Position numbers and translations under genes: made by a program
Source: Octopus vulgaris
Taxonomy: Eukaryota
Assembly (NCBI GenBank): GCA_951406725.2
Contig: OX597825.1
Span: 17,670,001-17,734,000, forward strand
Reading direction: 5' to 3'
Length of the DNA: 64,000 nucleotides
The notes under the pieces: generated by a model
Databases searched by the model: none
What the model was told of the DNA's origin: nothing
The model's input: the letters and a program-made list of their open reading frames with translations, nothing else
Shown: positions 1 through 13,921 of the stretch, piece by piece
Layout of the letters: each line of letters starts with the position of its first letter
Position numbering within the stretch: the first letter of the stretch is position 1

Positions 1-210
<210 letters not shown>

Positions 211-1730
211 ATGTGCAAACGTAAAAACGATTATAACAGAAAATTGTTAACATACACACATCAACATACATCATTGTGCCCAAGTATGTGTTCGCTTATG
301 TATATACATGCACTTTTGTCTGTGCGTGCACCTGCGTGTTGCCAGCGTGTGCTTACTTATATGTGTGTATATATCTAACCTTGGTATATATCTACGACTA
401 TCTTTATTATGGTTTTGTGTATATCTCCTTGCAGCAATTATGATATACCGGGCGTTTTATATTTCCTTGAATCTTCTGCAATATTAGGAAGTCTGATGCT
501 AGAACAATCAAATCTTGTGAATTTACGTGACGGAATCAACATTTAAATGGCCAATCATAACATCATAATAGGCTGGAATGCCAATGTAAAAATATTTTTA
601 TGAATGCTATTCACACACAGCCACTGACACGTGTGTGTGTATGCACATAACTGTGCATATCCTCACTTATGTTCTTTTATACATACACACAGAAAACCTG
701 AAAGATATATATCCACATATATCCACATATATATATCCACGTATAACATCGTTGATATATTTCACTATATGCGAAACGAAATGATATATTTTCCGCTTTT
801 TTATTTCACAATATATTTTTTTTATCGAAATTATGACAACAAATTACGTATGACGAATACACATATGAACTCTTTCTGTGGACATCTTTGATAATTTCAT
901 GGATACGTACATGGATAAATGAATATATAATAACATTTTGAGATACACTTATAATCGGGTGGATTGCAAGTTATACCTGAATATTAATATTACGTATTTA
1001 TTACAGATAAATTTAGTGCCTATCATCGAGTCAAGTAAAGATATGCTTATCATAAGCAGTATAGAAGTAGGTATACATTTATATATAATTAATCATTCAG
1101 CAGATAATAATTCTACAAGTTATGGCTTGGCTATATATGCTGATCTGTGCAAGGCGCGAATATGACCGTAATCATCTCTTTTATTTGGAAAATGAAATAT
1201 AAGAAAGCATAACTATGTCAAAATTTCAAGGCGGCTCTGTGAAATATCAAATATAACTAAATACACTGTTATCCATGATTATATTCATTTAATGACACTG
1301 CTGATGAACGGTGGGTATACAAGCTTATTCTAACCTTTTAAAGTAATTTTGTTTGTTTTGTTTCAACGAGGACTGCCATATTTATCCATGTAAAGCTCAA
1401 AGAACGTGGGAATATTTGTCCTTGAATGAATGGTAAAACAGATCGTGGGTAACCCTTTCATTTCATTTTCTCTACATGAATTGAATAAGTGAATTGCTAG
1501 AGGGCTTTCTAAAGCGAGGTTTTGTAATGATTGAAAATGTTTAACGTTTTCTATTACACGCTGAGTTGTGTATAATCACTTATACTTAAATACATCGTTC
1601 CGGCTTAATTCTAGCTTCAATTTGGAGTTTAAACATGATGTCTACTATAAAACTAAGTTTATGCACCGATTATCTTACGACACTAGGCGTAATATTACTT
1701 GCATCATATATAAATCGTATGTGGTTTATC

Positions 1731-1771
<41 letters not shown>

Positions 1772-3339
1772 TATGTATATACACACACATATACACACAC
1801 ACATATATATATATACAGAGAGAGAGACAGAGAGAGAGAGAGATTGATTTATAGATAGACACCTATATGTATATGTATATATATATATGTATATGTATAT
1901 GTATATATGTACAGACATATATACAAATATTCATTCGTTAGAGTACATTCAGTGAATAGCTACTTCGTTTAGACGAATTGAGATATAGTTTGTGATGTTC
2001 ATGTGAAAGTATTTGCCACATAAAACACTCCTATACTTTGTTTGTAAGCTTACTAATAAATATTTCCTTGTACTGAAGCTATGTAGTTACTTTTATTGTG
2101 TTGCGTGTGGTGTTTACGACTGTGTCTAATATCCCTTGCTTTAATTATTTTATTTCTCAAGATCGCTTCATTTAGTGAATAGTCACAGCAATTTCTAAAC
2201 ACCTAAAGAAGGTTACACGAAGGCAAATATATAAATAAATAGATTAATACATTTATTTCAGGATGGTAATTTTGTTACCTAATAAACACACGCACTATAT
2301 ATTGGTCCTCCACTTTAGCTTTATTTTTGTTCTTATTTTAGTGTCCGTCGTTTAATATCTTTTGACACAGATCCTGTGATATCTACAGTGACTTTCTATC
2401 TCACGTCTCCTCCTATTCTACTTGATTTTGATCATTTCTCTAAAAGTGCTACAGACGAGTATAAAGTGCGTGTGTGTTGATTTGGCAAAAAGGAAAAGAG
2501 GACCATCCCGAAATATAAACAATATCTCTTTTAACACACGATTTCACATCAGAAATCATACAATAAATAGGAACGGTAGAGATGGAGGAATAAGAGGAAT
2601 AAAAGAAAAGGGAAAGAGGGAGGATGAAGAAGAACATGGACGATAAGTATTAGAAAAAAAACGGACGAGAAGGAAGAAGAGTAGGAAAGGAGAAAGGAGA
2701 AATGAGGAGCTGCGACAGATAAAAGATCAGGCTCTTGTGATGGACTAAAAAGAACAAATGGAATAGAAAAAGAGAATGGAGCATATAATATTAGTTTATA
2801 TCATTAACGATGTTAAAGAGAAGGCTATAAAAGAAGGAAGGAAGGAAGGTTAAATAGTACGGTCCGTTTCTATTTGAATGTATGTCCGTTGACTTGCTGC
2901 CAAATGTATACAAGGAAATAAAGGCTCGCACACGAACAACGGTATGTAGATGTATAATTTTCGACTGCTTGCAATAGGTGGATTTCTGTACCTCCTAAAA
3001 GCAAGAATAAACACTTGACTGTATTTAGACAGTTTCTGTGAACAGAATTTCACACTTACGAGTTTGATTGACATAAAGACACTTTGCATTTGTCTATTTT
3101 GCAACACAATACGACAAAAATTGGGGCGGCAATGAAATTGCATTAATCACGCTGCCATGGTTCATCCCAAATGCCTTGAATATATCATCACAGTTTTAGA
3201 ATGTACAGCATATATTCTCTTTTACACTCAGTACAAAAAGCTTGTACAACATCTGAAACATTTTTTCTAATTAGGTTCCCTGTATAAGTCAAACCTAAGT
3301 ACGAATTTCATTATTAACTTGAAGTTTTATTTCGATATA

Positions 3340-3795
3340 CAAGTCGTCGTCGACTTACGACCTGCCCGACTTACGGCCGATCGACTTTATGACGATTGGC
3401 GCGCCAGCTTCCGGCAGCAATAATAAATAGTCCAGTTGAAATCTAAAGGGTTTAATTTCTTAGAAACTAACCAGTCTACAGGTGATGTCAGCTAACAATC
3501 GTTTCCCCCAGGTTTGGTTATCGATCACCACTGTGTTGGTTGACAATCGAATCCCGGAAACATCGAAGAAACGTCGTATTTGTATATAAGATGACAGCTT
3601 GATACGCCGAAAGTATTGACTATTACTATATGTCAGTATTACAGTATAATACAGAATGATGTGTGTGACATTTACATGAGAATGTGCATTAAGAATGTAA
3701 AAATATAAAACAAAGATCAGTAGGCCTATAGGCTGACTTAGGACCAAATCAACTTTCGACCAGTCAGTCGGAACCAGTTGTGGTCATAAGCCGAC
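3340..3795. mobile_element. Tigger/pogo-like non-autonomous DNA transposon relic; right TIR cut by SINE-B
   Basis: TA then caagtcgtcgtcgacttacgacc with repeated cgactta sub-terminal motifs; inverted ggtcataagccgac at 3782-3795. Confidence 0.55.
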
Positions 3796-3801
3796 TTCGA
3801 C

Positions 3802-4071
3802 GAACTCAGAACGTAAAGACATATAAAATACCTATTTCTTTACTATTACTACCCACAAGGTGCTAAACATAGGGTCGAAAAACAAGGACATACAAACATA
3901 TTAAGTCGATTATATCGACCCCAGTGGGTAACTGGTACTTAATTTATCGACCCCGAAATGATGAAAGACAAAGTCGACCTCGGCGGAATTTGAAATCTGA
4001 ACTTAACGGCAGACGAAATACGGCTACGCATTTCGCCCGGCGTGCTAACGTTTCTGCCAGCTCGTCGCTTT
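3802..4071 (-). mobile_element. SINE-B (tRNA head, Meta-like core): full unit plus start of a second unit
   Basis: Reverse complement of the 5721 and 15605 copies; unit junction at 3832/3833. Confidence 0.9.
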
Positions 4072-5290
4072 CGTATATTAATTATTAAAAGTTGATACAG
4101 ATAATATTTACATTACAAGATATGAAAAATGTCCTATTACATTTTTACGTGAAAAACATTGTAACATTTCTACTACTGTTGTTACTATTTTCCGTATATC
4201 TAAAGTAAGCCTTAAATAGCATATTTACGATTAAAATCGATGTAACCATAAGTACATCCTGTTGTGTTCTTCTCCTAGAAAGTGAGATATCAATTGAGGA
4301 AGTTATAGCTATTCTTTCTAGCGTGCAGATAAAAACTGCAACGATTTTTGCATGGTTGGGAGCGATCTTGCGTATTTCGTTGCTTCACTTTCGCTAAGCA
4401 CGTAATTTTTTCGTTCATAAAGAGTCAAGGCAGGTTAACAGATTTGATGGCATTTTTCAACACTAACGGAACAAACTTCGAGAAATACATTACTATGTTG
4501 CTAAGGTGTTTACTGGCATTACCAAGATTAAATAGTCATAAAAGTAAATGCTTTTTTTCCTTTTTTTTATGTCGCAGAGACAACTGTCGCCATATTCTTA
4601 TTGACACAGCACATCATTCAATATTCATATTATAAAAAAAAAGCGCTGAAATTATAACGTTTTGCGTTTTTTTCATTCATTTATTTATTTAACTAAGGAG
4701 AGCATGTGATTCTATCTTGTTCTTTCTCTGTAAATACTGCTAGTTTACAATTAATTACGTTTTCTCGTATTCATATTTTATATAACAAGAGACAAAGAAG
4801 AGATAACCTCCATGTAAAAATCACATGATATTATTATTCGGATTTCAATAATCTAAGTACCAGTTGAATATTCATGTCTATTAAAGCAATGCACCTCTCA
4901 TGATAATTCGTTACTGTCTTTAACACCCACAAAATTGGATTTTTACTCATATAGATCTGGCAGAAATACTTCTAAATTAAATATGGACGTTAACAGAAAA
5001 TTAGTGTAAGGACATTACGGTAGTTTTAAGGTATTTAATCATGGTTTTGTATCGTGATTCTAATTCATTCTGCGGTCAAATTTACTTTTTATCGTTCTGT
5101 TACTAACAAAAGAAGAAATTAATTACTGGGTTTTATTTAATTTCATATTTTCTGCAGCTTAATGTATGGGTTTTTCTCCGCTATTTAAAATAACTTAGTG
5201 CCTTCAGGGATGGGAGATATGGCGTCCGAAAAAAGATATGATTGGGATTAGTTCTGCCCTTTTATATTCAGAGGTCAAAGCTCCACCATC

Positions 5291-5357
5291 AAGGCGGCAC
5301 TCAGTGTGGCTGAAGGCAAACGACTGAAACACGTAAAGGGTAAAAAATAAAAGATAC
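5291..5357 (+). mobile_element. Diverged SINE-A 3' tail fragment
   Basis: aaggcggcactcagtgtggctgaaggcaaacgactgaaacacgtaaaggg resembles tail aaggcggtgctccagcatggccgcagtcaaatgactgaaacaagtaaaagag. Confidence 0.6.
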
Positions 5358-5519
5358 AAAAAATAATGAGATCGCTATATTACACATATACTATAACTGA
5401 AGATCATTTCACTTCAATTGAAAGCCTTCAACTTTGCTTTTCATTTCCTCGCATTAACAGTCAGTTATGTGTACCATTTGTTTTCCTAAAGTTTTGATCC
5501 TTACTGCTTATTGTGATTG

Positions 5520-5710
5520 TTGACCAGCCGAAAAAATGCCTAGTAGTATATTGTCTGTCTTGAAGTATTGAGATCAAATTCTACTGAGGTCAGCTTAGCC
5601 TGTCATCCCTTCAGATCCGATAAAATAAACACCAGTTGAATATGGGGGCTAAGTAATCTATTAGCCTTCCCCAAATTTTCGGGCCTTGTGCCTTGAGTAG
5701 AAAAGGAATT
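5520..5710 (+). mobile_element. Old-subfamily SINE-B copy with old tail
   Basis: Diverged B-box (gagatcaaattc) and core; ends aaattttcgggccttgtgccttgagtagaaaagga. Confidence 0.7.
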
Positions 5711-5720
5711 GAGCACTGGG

Positions 5721-6314
5721 AAAGGCAGCGAGCTGGCAGAAACGTTAGCACGCCGGGCGAAATGCGTAGCCGTATTTCGTCTGACGTTACGTTCTGAGTT
5801 CAAATTCCGCCGAGGTCGACTTTGCCTTTCATCGTATCGAGGTCGATTAAATAAGTACCAGTTACGCACTGGTGTCGATATAATCTACTTAATCCGTTTG
5901 TCTGTCCTTGTTTGTCCTCTCTGTGTTTAGCCGCTTTTGGGTAGTAAATAAATAGGTATTTCGTCTGCCGCTACGTTCTGAGTTCAAATTCCGCCGAGAT
6001 TGACTTTACCTTTCATCGTATCGGGGTCGATTACATAAGTACCAGTTACGCGCTTGGGTCAATATAATCGACTTAATCCATCTGTCTGTCCTTGTTTGTC
6101 CCCTCTGCGTTTAGCCCCTTGTGGGCAGTAAAGAATTAGGTATTCGTCCGTCTTTACGTTCTGAGTTCAAATTCCGCCGAGGTTGACATTGCCGTTCATT
6201 CTATGGGGATCGATTTAATAACCATAAGCTAAGGGCTGCGATCGATGCAATCGACTAACTGTTCGCTGAAAAATTTCAGGCTCTGTGCCTGTAGCGGAAA
6301 CGATTATTATTATT
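5721..6314 (+). mobile_element. SINE-B head-to-tail trimer (5721-5954, 5955-6138, 6139-6314)
   Basis: Three copies of ttacgttctgagttcaaattccgccgag; units 2 and 3 restart at ggtatt(t)cgtc; third unit is diverged and has the old tail. Confidence 0.92.
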
Positions 6315-7193
6315 GCTGACCGTGTTAAGTAGAGTTCTAGGAATGCATATATTTTTCAGTTTTATTATACTTGTATATGTTAGAGGCTATATTTAGTTTT
6401 ACAGCATGTATTTCTGGAAGAGTGAAAGGCAGGTTAAGTCTTACATCAATTCTCCATTTAATGACAGGATGTATAAAACGATTAAAAGAAATGAAAGCAA
6501 AATGTTATTTCCGAGAACAATAACAAGATTAACAATATATATGTACATCAAATGGAGTCATGTGCTTCGTTTTTTATTTTATGAGTTTACTTATGATGAT
6601 ACCTAATAATTGAAAAAATTGAAATTATTGTATAATTTGAAATATTTATAACATGGAAGAGTATATCATCACATTTAAAGTTACGATTATTTGCATTAAA
6701 TATCTATATAATGTAAATATTTTCTATTTTCAATTTAGCATAATGCAATATGAATAAATTTGGTTTGTTTCATTGATTCAATGTGTTATTTTATATTTAA
6801 TTTCTGTTGATTTAACCGAAACCGTCAGTATGTATATTTTTATAATGAGGCTTTCTTTTATGATATTCAAATATACATGATTACATTTTATTATGCATGA
6901 GAACGTTCCCGGCATAAAAGTCAGGATAAAGAATCATATCAGAATAATGTAACAGATCATCGCAAACAATAGGCATCCGGTTAGTCATGACTGCATCTAC
7001 TGCGTATATCCTGCAAAAGGTACATCATTGTATATACTTCACACAATTACATTCGGCTCCTCCATGTTATATTTCGTCAGGATCTTTTCCGTTGCTTGCG
7101 TTACATTTCTATCATGTTTATTAAATGTATATTTTTCGCAAATTCATCAAACCTTCGGTTGATGTTGAGAGAAAAGAGGTAGCTTCACATTAA

Positions 7194-7585
7194 TCTCTCT
7201 ATATATAAAGCTGAAGTTGTCAGTGTATGGCAGGTTTGGTAGCCTTCAACTAACACTATCTCCTCCGAGACTCTGCGGTGCAAGTTGACCAAAGTTGACA
7301 GTATGATAGAAGAAGGCTTGCTCTTCCTTCCGTAGTAGAAAAAATTCAAATCGAACCATGTTAACACCAAAAATTATTTACATCACAAAGGTGCATTTTG
7401 TCTATGGAAATCGCTATTTTTTACGATTTTATGACTGCTGTGTCGCCATTTTTCGGTGTATTTCAACCAGAAAAATGTTCACTTAAAGAGAATAACAAGC
7501 TACATAATGCAAAACTTTTACTTTTCAAAAATTTCAATTCTAAAGGGTCGAAACAAACCCGAGCAACGCCGTGCGATACTGCTAG
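7194..7585 (+). mobile_element. Non-autonomous Helitron, variant internal sequence
   Basis: 5' TC(tctctatatataaa), 3' hairpin cccgagcaacgccgtg then gatactgCTAG; inserted between A and T with no TSD; termini shared with 21842 and 55269 copies. Confidence 0.85.
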
Positions 7586-8430
7586 TTTAAAAGATATTTG
7601 CAATCGAATGAATTAAAAAAAAACAAATGGCAAAATGTATAACTGCTACATCATAGAGTTCTGTTCTCACAAAATCCTAACGCATTGTGCTGTCTTTAAT
7701 ATATTTTTCTCTTCTTTTTATTTATCGATTTTTATGTAGGAACAAGTGTTCAGAATCATGAATCAAAATGAAAACAATTCATTAGAGAATATTAATTTAT
7801 GAGTAAAAATTCCTTCCTTTGAGGGAAACTCAAGATTCATTGACAGGAAGCTATCTCACAATACACATACGGCATTCTTTGTGTTACTGCTGCCGATAAT
7901 AATCATACTGTAACTTGTCTGGAGTTTTGTAGGTATGTAAATGATCATGGCATTCAGTCCTACAAAATCTTGAACTGGGCCATGTCAGGTAACGATTATT
8001 CCTTTAGTCATCTTTACAAATTCTATATTACAAATCGTTGGCTGTAAGGGGAGGATCGTAAAATGTTTACTGTATTTGTGGGAGCGAAAATATCATGTCA
8101 TGATACTAACCGTACAGCTCATATTCCACAGGTTTAGAAAAAAAAAACAAAAGAAAAGACTCTACATTGCTATCTTTCCTAAAGACTTCGTGAAATATTA
8201 TTGCTGTGAAGTGTAGTCTTACTTGGACTCGTGACCTTTCAATTTGCAATCCAATAACAGGAGACTGCTACAAACAAAACAGAGTGAGGCGCTTGGAGGA
8301 CCAAGATGCAATTAACAATGTCAATTAGGTCACATTTATATGTACCACATCGCACACATGATTAGCACCTGCCCAAAAATGTCATCAAATTACAACCTCC
8401 ATATGCGACAGGACGTTGTCCCTAAAACAT

Positions 8431-8483
<53 letters not shown>

Positions 8484-8689
8484 CTGTGTGAGCCTGTGTG
8501 TGAGGGTGTGTATGTGTATATCTGTAATGTATGTGACAATTATTCGGTTGCTATAATAAAACTCACATCCGCAACTCGGATTATTTTATGGCAACTAAAT
8601 AATTGGCACATATTATGTTACAGATAAATTCCTCTATTTACATAACATTGAGGTCTCATTCATTCCTTAGTTGTCATACAATTACTATT

Positions 8690-8750
<61 letters not shown>

Positions 8751-9239
8751 GGATGATTGTATGTATATGTATGTATATATGAGTGAGAGAGAGAGAGAGA
8801 GTGATACATATGAATGCACGCACACACATACGCACGCACACTCACCTACATTTACTGATATGCGTGTATGTATTTGCATTATGAGTATGAAAATGTACGT
8901 GTGGGCCTGATGGGCAACTTTAAAACACTTAACTCCTTTATTTAACACTCGCCTTATTAGTCAGTTCGAGGCTATGTTACAGACACATGAAACGATCTGT
9001 ATGATTGAAAATGAAGCCTCTTAGTATTACAGTATATAATTTAGTATTATAGTATTTAACCACGTAGCTATACATACACTTCATATTACAGAGACAAATG
9101 CCTTCTTAAACGATATTGTTTACTGCACCCTAGAATCATGATTTATAGTTGTTCAAATGGCGTAAATATTCTCTCAATACGCTTAAAATATTCACAGAGT
9201 AATGCCAGTTTCACATTTCGACACATGCCCATCAATTGC

Positions 9240-9423
9240 AGGGAAGGGGCCAAATCGATTACATCGACCCCAGTTTTCAAATGGCACTTATTTTATCGAA
9301 CCGTAGAAGATGAAAAAAGCGAAGGCAGTCTCGGCGGAATTTGAACTCAGAATGCAAAGACGGACGAAATACCGCTAATCATCTCTGCATAGCTTGCTAA
9401 CAGCTCTGCCAGCACACCGCCTT
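9240..9423 (-). mobile_element. Diverged SINE-B
   Basis: ctcggcggaatttgaactcagaa...gacgaaataccgc is the reverse complement of the SINE-B head and core. Confidence 0.8.
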
Positions 9424-10980
9424 TATTCACGGAGTAAAGCGTAATGATAAGGAATAACACGCAGTATATGATATATAGTATTTCAATGCTTACCTTATGA
9501 CTATTCTTATCTACCTCGTTATTTGAAAAATTAGTGATTATTATCCTGAATGATGTAAGATGTAGATAGATAAGCTGCGGAAATGAATGTTTTATTGTTA
9601 GTTGTCTCCTTCCGATGAATCGATTTAGTGTTTTGTTGTTTGTGATTTTATGTATTAAGTAACTTTCATAAGTGTCTCCCTGTGGTTTTACACAATAAGT
9701 AATTCGTTGAGAACTTTTCCTAAACTACAAGCTCACGTTTCATAAATAGTCATAGCTAAGACCAAGTACACTATTTTGTAACCTGGCACATCGTTCATTG
9801 ATTTAAACATGATTGTTTATTTTATTTATTTATTTATTTATTTTTTTGGCTTTACGTTTTAAAATGATTCAGCTATAATCCATTCTCATTCATAAAACTG
9901 AAATTTTTGATAAAAATTTCAAAAAAATAAAAAACAGTATATAACTTTTAAAATATAAATATATACATCACATATACAATATCTAAATTATCATTTGTTT
10001 TTTTTTATTTTTTTCAGCAAATAGAAACCGAACTAGTTTTTTTTTTGTTTTTTTTTAAATTTTCTCTCTCTATACCTAGAAATAGATAAACGCAAGACAC
10101 CGGGGAACGTAAACGCACGATCAGAAGATATACGTTAAAAATTTGATATTGTAAAATAAATGAAAAGAAAGAAAGGAAGAAAGAATTCAACTATTATTTC
10201 AATGGATATTTTGGCAGAATATCTGCATTAAGCTGAAATTGAAATACTTTGCACGAAAATTTTTAGATATTTTTTCTACGAAATCTTTCATTGTGTCACG
10301 TAAACAACCAAATTCTTGAACTGTTGAGATGCTATATTGTTTTTAATATCAATTTATTTTCTATTTTAGTTCCACTATTTTCATGTTTCTTTCTTATTTG
10401 CGTCGTATGAAGAAAAAAACTAGTGTTGGTAATATCATTTTGCCTACTAATAGAAATTCATAATAAATCTAAGACGACGCAAGAAGTGTTCTCAGTTTTG
10501 TTATACGTAGACATACACACACACACACAAGCATACACACAAACACATACATACATAAACAAAGACACACACACACATACAATTACAAATACACAAATGC
10601 TCATCCGCACAAACACATATCGGCAAACAGACACATACATCCAACCATGCAAACACACACATACAAACAACCACTCACTCACATACTCACACAATGCTTT
10701 TAGGTGGTGAAATTTTAGAAAAAGGAAGGTAATGGTTATGAGTTTGTAAGTAAAGTAATAGAAAAGTGATAGGTGCCAGAAGAGATGTAGTATGAGGTAA
10801 AAGGAGAGAGAGATAGACAGGGGGAGAGAGAGGGGGAGAGAGAAGAGAGAAAATACAGTATTTCAACCAATTACAGTAAAAGTAATATCAGTGACCAAAG
10901 TTGAGGAATGGCGTGGTTGATGGGATGAGATTGAAAATATGATGAAGAAAAATGGACAGAATCAGGAAAGCGGGGAAAAA

Positions 10981-11188
10981 CAGCAGCAGCCACAGCAGTA
11001 GCAGTAGCAGCAGCAGCAGCAGCAATAGTAGTACTAGTAGTAGTAGTAGTAATAGTAGTAGTAGTGGTGGTGGTGGTGGTGGTGGTGGTGGTGGTGGTTT
11101 TGGTGGCGGTGGTGGTAGTGGTGCAGTAGTTGTGATGATGTCGGAGCTAGTGACTTTGTTGATTTTCGGAAAATGAATCTATGGCGAC

Positions 11189-11246
<58 letters not shown>

Positions 11247-11252
11247 CAGCAT

Positions 11253-11312
<60 letters not shown>

Positions 11313-11340
11313 CAGCAGTGGTAGTAGTAGTTGGAGGAGG
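10981..11340. repeat. Compound (AGC)/(AGT)/(GGT)n microsatellites
   Basis: Direct read; yields poly-S, G, L and T artefact ORFs. Confidence 0.95.
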
Positions 11341-11579
11341 AGGAAAAAATGGAAAAGTAAAACAAGAACCAAAAAGAATCAATCATGAAGTGAAAAATGA
11401 AAAGACGACGGCAACAATGAAGTGGATGATGATGATGATGATCACGACGACGACGGTGACTAAGACTAATACGATGAATAAAACGGTGGTAATAATGTTG
11501 ATAATGATGATAGAAACAAAACGACATTAGTTCGTAAATGAATTAATAAACGTAAACTAAAGTTCTTGAAAAAATTGAG

Positions 11580-11730
11580 ATTTCGCCGTAGTTGGCTTCG
11601 CCTTTAATGTCTTGAAGGTCGATGACCTATGTACGAGTTTAACATTGGAATCGATCAAACTGACTATTTCCTCTGCTTTCCACAAAATTTCAAGCCCTTT
11701 GCTCGTAAAAGAAAGGATTATTTTTATTGT
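11580..11730 (+). mobile_element. Degraded old SINE-B 3' part
   Basis: ttcgccgtagttggcttcgcctttaatgtc...aaaatttcaagccctttgctcgtaaaagaaaggattatt. Confidence 0.55.
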
Positions 11731-12149
11731 TATTGTTTGTTATTGGAATAGAGTCGATAAATTTTAATTAGAAAATAGTCTAGACATGAGGGAGCCCGAA
11801 TTAGGAATGAAGATGAGGGGCTTGAGAAAGCTAAGGAGATTAGGGTGCAGGCGGCGTGATTGGCCCTTGGCCAAGTTTTCAGACGCCCAAAACGGAGGTT
11901 TCCTTATCAGAGATAGAACGTATAATGTGATGCATAAGGGAACGAAAGCTTTTTCATGGGTCTGAATAGTGCAAGTGCAACAATAAAGACAGAATTCAGT
12001 ATTTTATATAATATTAATATTAAGCTCAACCACCTTTTAAAAGATAACTTAATTAAAGATAACTTAATTAAAGCAAAAATAATTTAAATAAAATTACCCT
12101 CTCAACGTAAGTGAGAGACATTACAATTATGTTAATTTTTGTCTATACA

Positions 12150-13410
12150 TATATTATATTAATAAACAAATCGCTTGTAGCAGTAGATGTGTGCGGCATT
12201 TCAGAGGCATTTTCCTCAACTGTTTGTGGTGGGTGAGGGTTGGTAGAAAAGATTGGTCTTCATCGCCTGTAGCGATGTACTAGCTGCTACTCTGATTGGG
12301 GAGGTGGAGTTTGCCGAAAGGCCGTTAATAGCTGATGGAACACAGTTAGCTATGGCTGGCTACACGAGTTTGCATAGTCTACCCTACTAGGTTTATCTTC
12401 ATAGATAACACGTATTCGAGGAATTCTTGGAAAATATGTACTGCAACTGGCAGCAGAAAGGGAGTATTCTCAACGCTGAGCAGCGTCATGACATTGTGAC
12501 GCTGAGAAAGGAAATAGGCAAGGGAATGATTTTGAAAAATTTTGGGGTGTAACTCTGATAAATTACCGTCTTTGCTCTAGTTGTCAGGCAAGAGTTTAGC
12601 GCTTGTCTCTGATGCTCTTGTCGGTAAGGCAGAAGTAAGTGAAATCCCAGATGGACAATTCTCCACCTTACGCGATATATGCACGAAGGGTAGAAACGGA
12701 ATATGGCATGAGAAGGACTCTGATGAAAACAATTTAATCGAAAGCTTTCAATCGGGCTGGCGGCCGTACTTATGGCTGATGCTTTCGGCTCCATCTTTAA
12801 TTGCCGGATCGTTGCAATGTAGGGTGATATCTGCTCAGTGACCACAGTTACATGGCTATCTATAGGAATCGTTAACTATTATTCATTGTGTTCGATAATG
12901 TGATAGAGTCTATATCCTTCAATAAATGCGGTCTCTAATCACCATGTATTCATTTATTTTTAGATCATTTAACAACTCCAACGATTAAAAAAGCGCACTC
13001 ATGATCTAAAAGATTTTATCAGAATAAAATTACATATAGGGTTTATTCTCCCTTTGTGAAAAGTGTAGGTCATGGTGGACTTCTTGGAATTACAAAGAGA
13101 AGATGTGTATTTCGTTGCAGCAAATGGGTTATCAGATGGTTCTGCGACACTAACATAGCAGCATTTTCGTAGTGTCATACATACAAGGACGTTTGATATA
13201 TTACCGTCGAGAGTAGTCGGGATGACAAATAGCTGCTTTAAATGTGTCCTGTGTGGAATTTCTTACTGCGGAAAGTTAAAGAGCCAGGAAAATGTATCAG
13301 GGAATCTGCTGTTAGTGTGTTTGTGGGAGCACTGGGCAGATATGATATTCTTACAACTTTTACCATCAGAAAGAATTTTTACACCAGGGTATCTACATTG
13401 GGTTTGCCTT
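12150..13410 (-). mobile_element. Highly degraded RLE-type non-LTR retrotransposon, possibly NeSL/Utopia-like RT C-terminal half
   Basis: Minus-strand fragments in the expected order across frameshifts: CRYPGVKI (cf. YKYLG), VSVAEPSD, WRIVH (cf. WRFIH), ELHPKIFQNHS...QRHNV (cf. ETLPH..NHC...RHN). Confidence 0.4.
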
Positions 13411-13569
13411 TAAAGTGTAACAAATATATTTTAACTAACCTAGAACTCGTCTATCTATCTATCCATCTATCTATTTATCTATCTATCCTATTTATCTCCC
13501 CTCTTTCGCTGTTGCTTTCTTTCTCTCTAAATATGTGTGCACAAACACACATACACACACATATATACA

Positions 13570-13740
13570 GTTGAAATTTATAGAAAAACAAAACACAGAG
13601 ACAGGTGTATGAACAACAAGCGAATGTATTAGGTTGGCGTTCTGGAAAAGGAAAAAGCCTCTTACGCTTCGAGTCTGGGCTCTTCAACAGAAAGGAATAA
13701 TAGAAAATAAACAGTGAGAATGAACAAAACTTCTAGATTT
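13570..13740 (-). mobile_element. Penelope-like pLTR fragment with degenerate hammerhead core
   Basis: Minus strand ctgttgaagagcccagactcgaagcgta; downstream ctaatac and cacctg motifs shared with the 43272 and 57255 copies. Confidence 0.55.
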
Positions 13741-13749
13741 CAGCAATCC

Positions 13750-13802
<53 letters not shown>

Positions 13803-13806
<4 letters not shown>

Positions 13807-13921
13807 TCATTCATATCTTCAGAAGATTTCTCTTGATATTCTATATATATAATATTAATTTTACTCTGCTATGTATTGAGTACCTTATTTACTGTGGTTA
13901 ACCCCGATTCAACCCGGGACC

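Noticed and set aside
5721-6314. CRISPR-like array or satellite
   Set aside because: Units are ~185-bp SINE bodies with no unique spacers; eukaryotic context, no cas genes.
7080-7095. ggatcttttccgttg resembling the 45304 MITE TIR
   Set aside because: Match too short and no partner end found.
7741-7933. Candidate coding exon between tag and gtatgt
   Set aside because: Stops in all three frames and AT-rich background composition.
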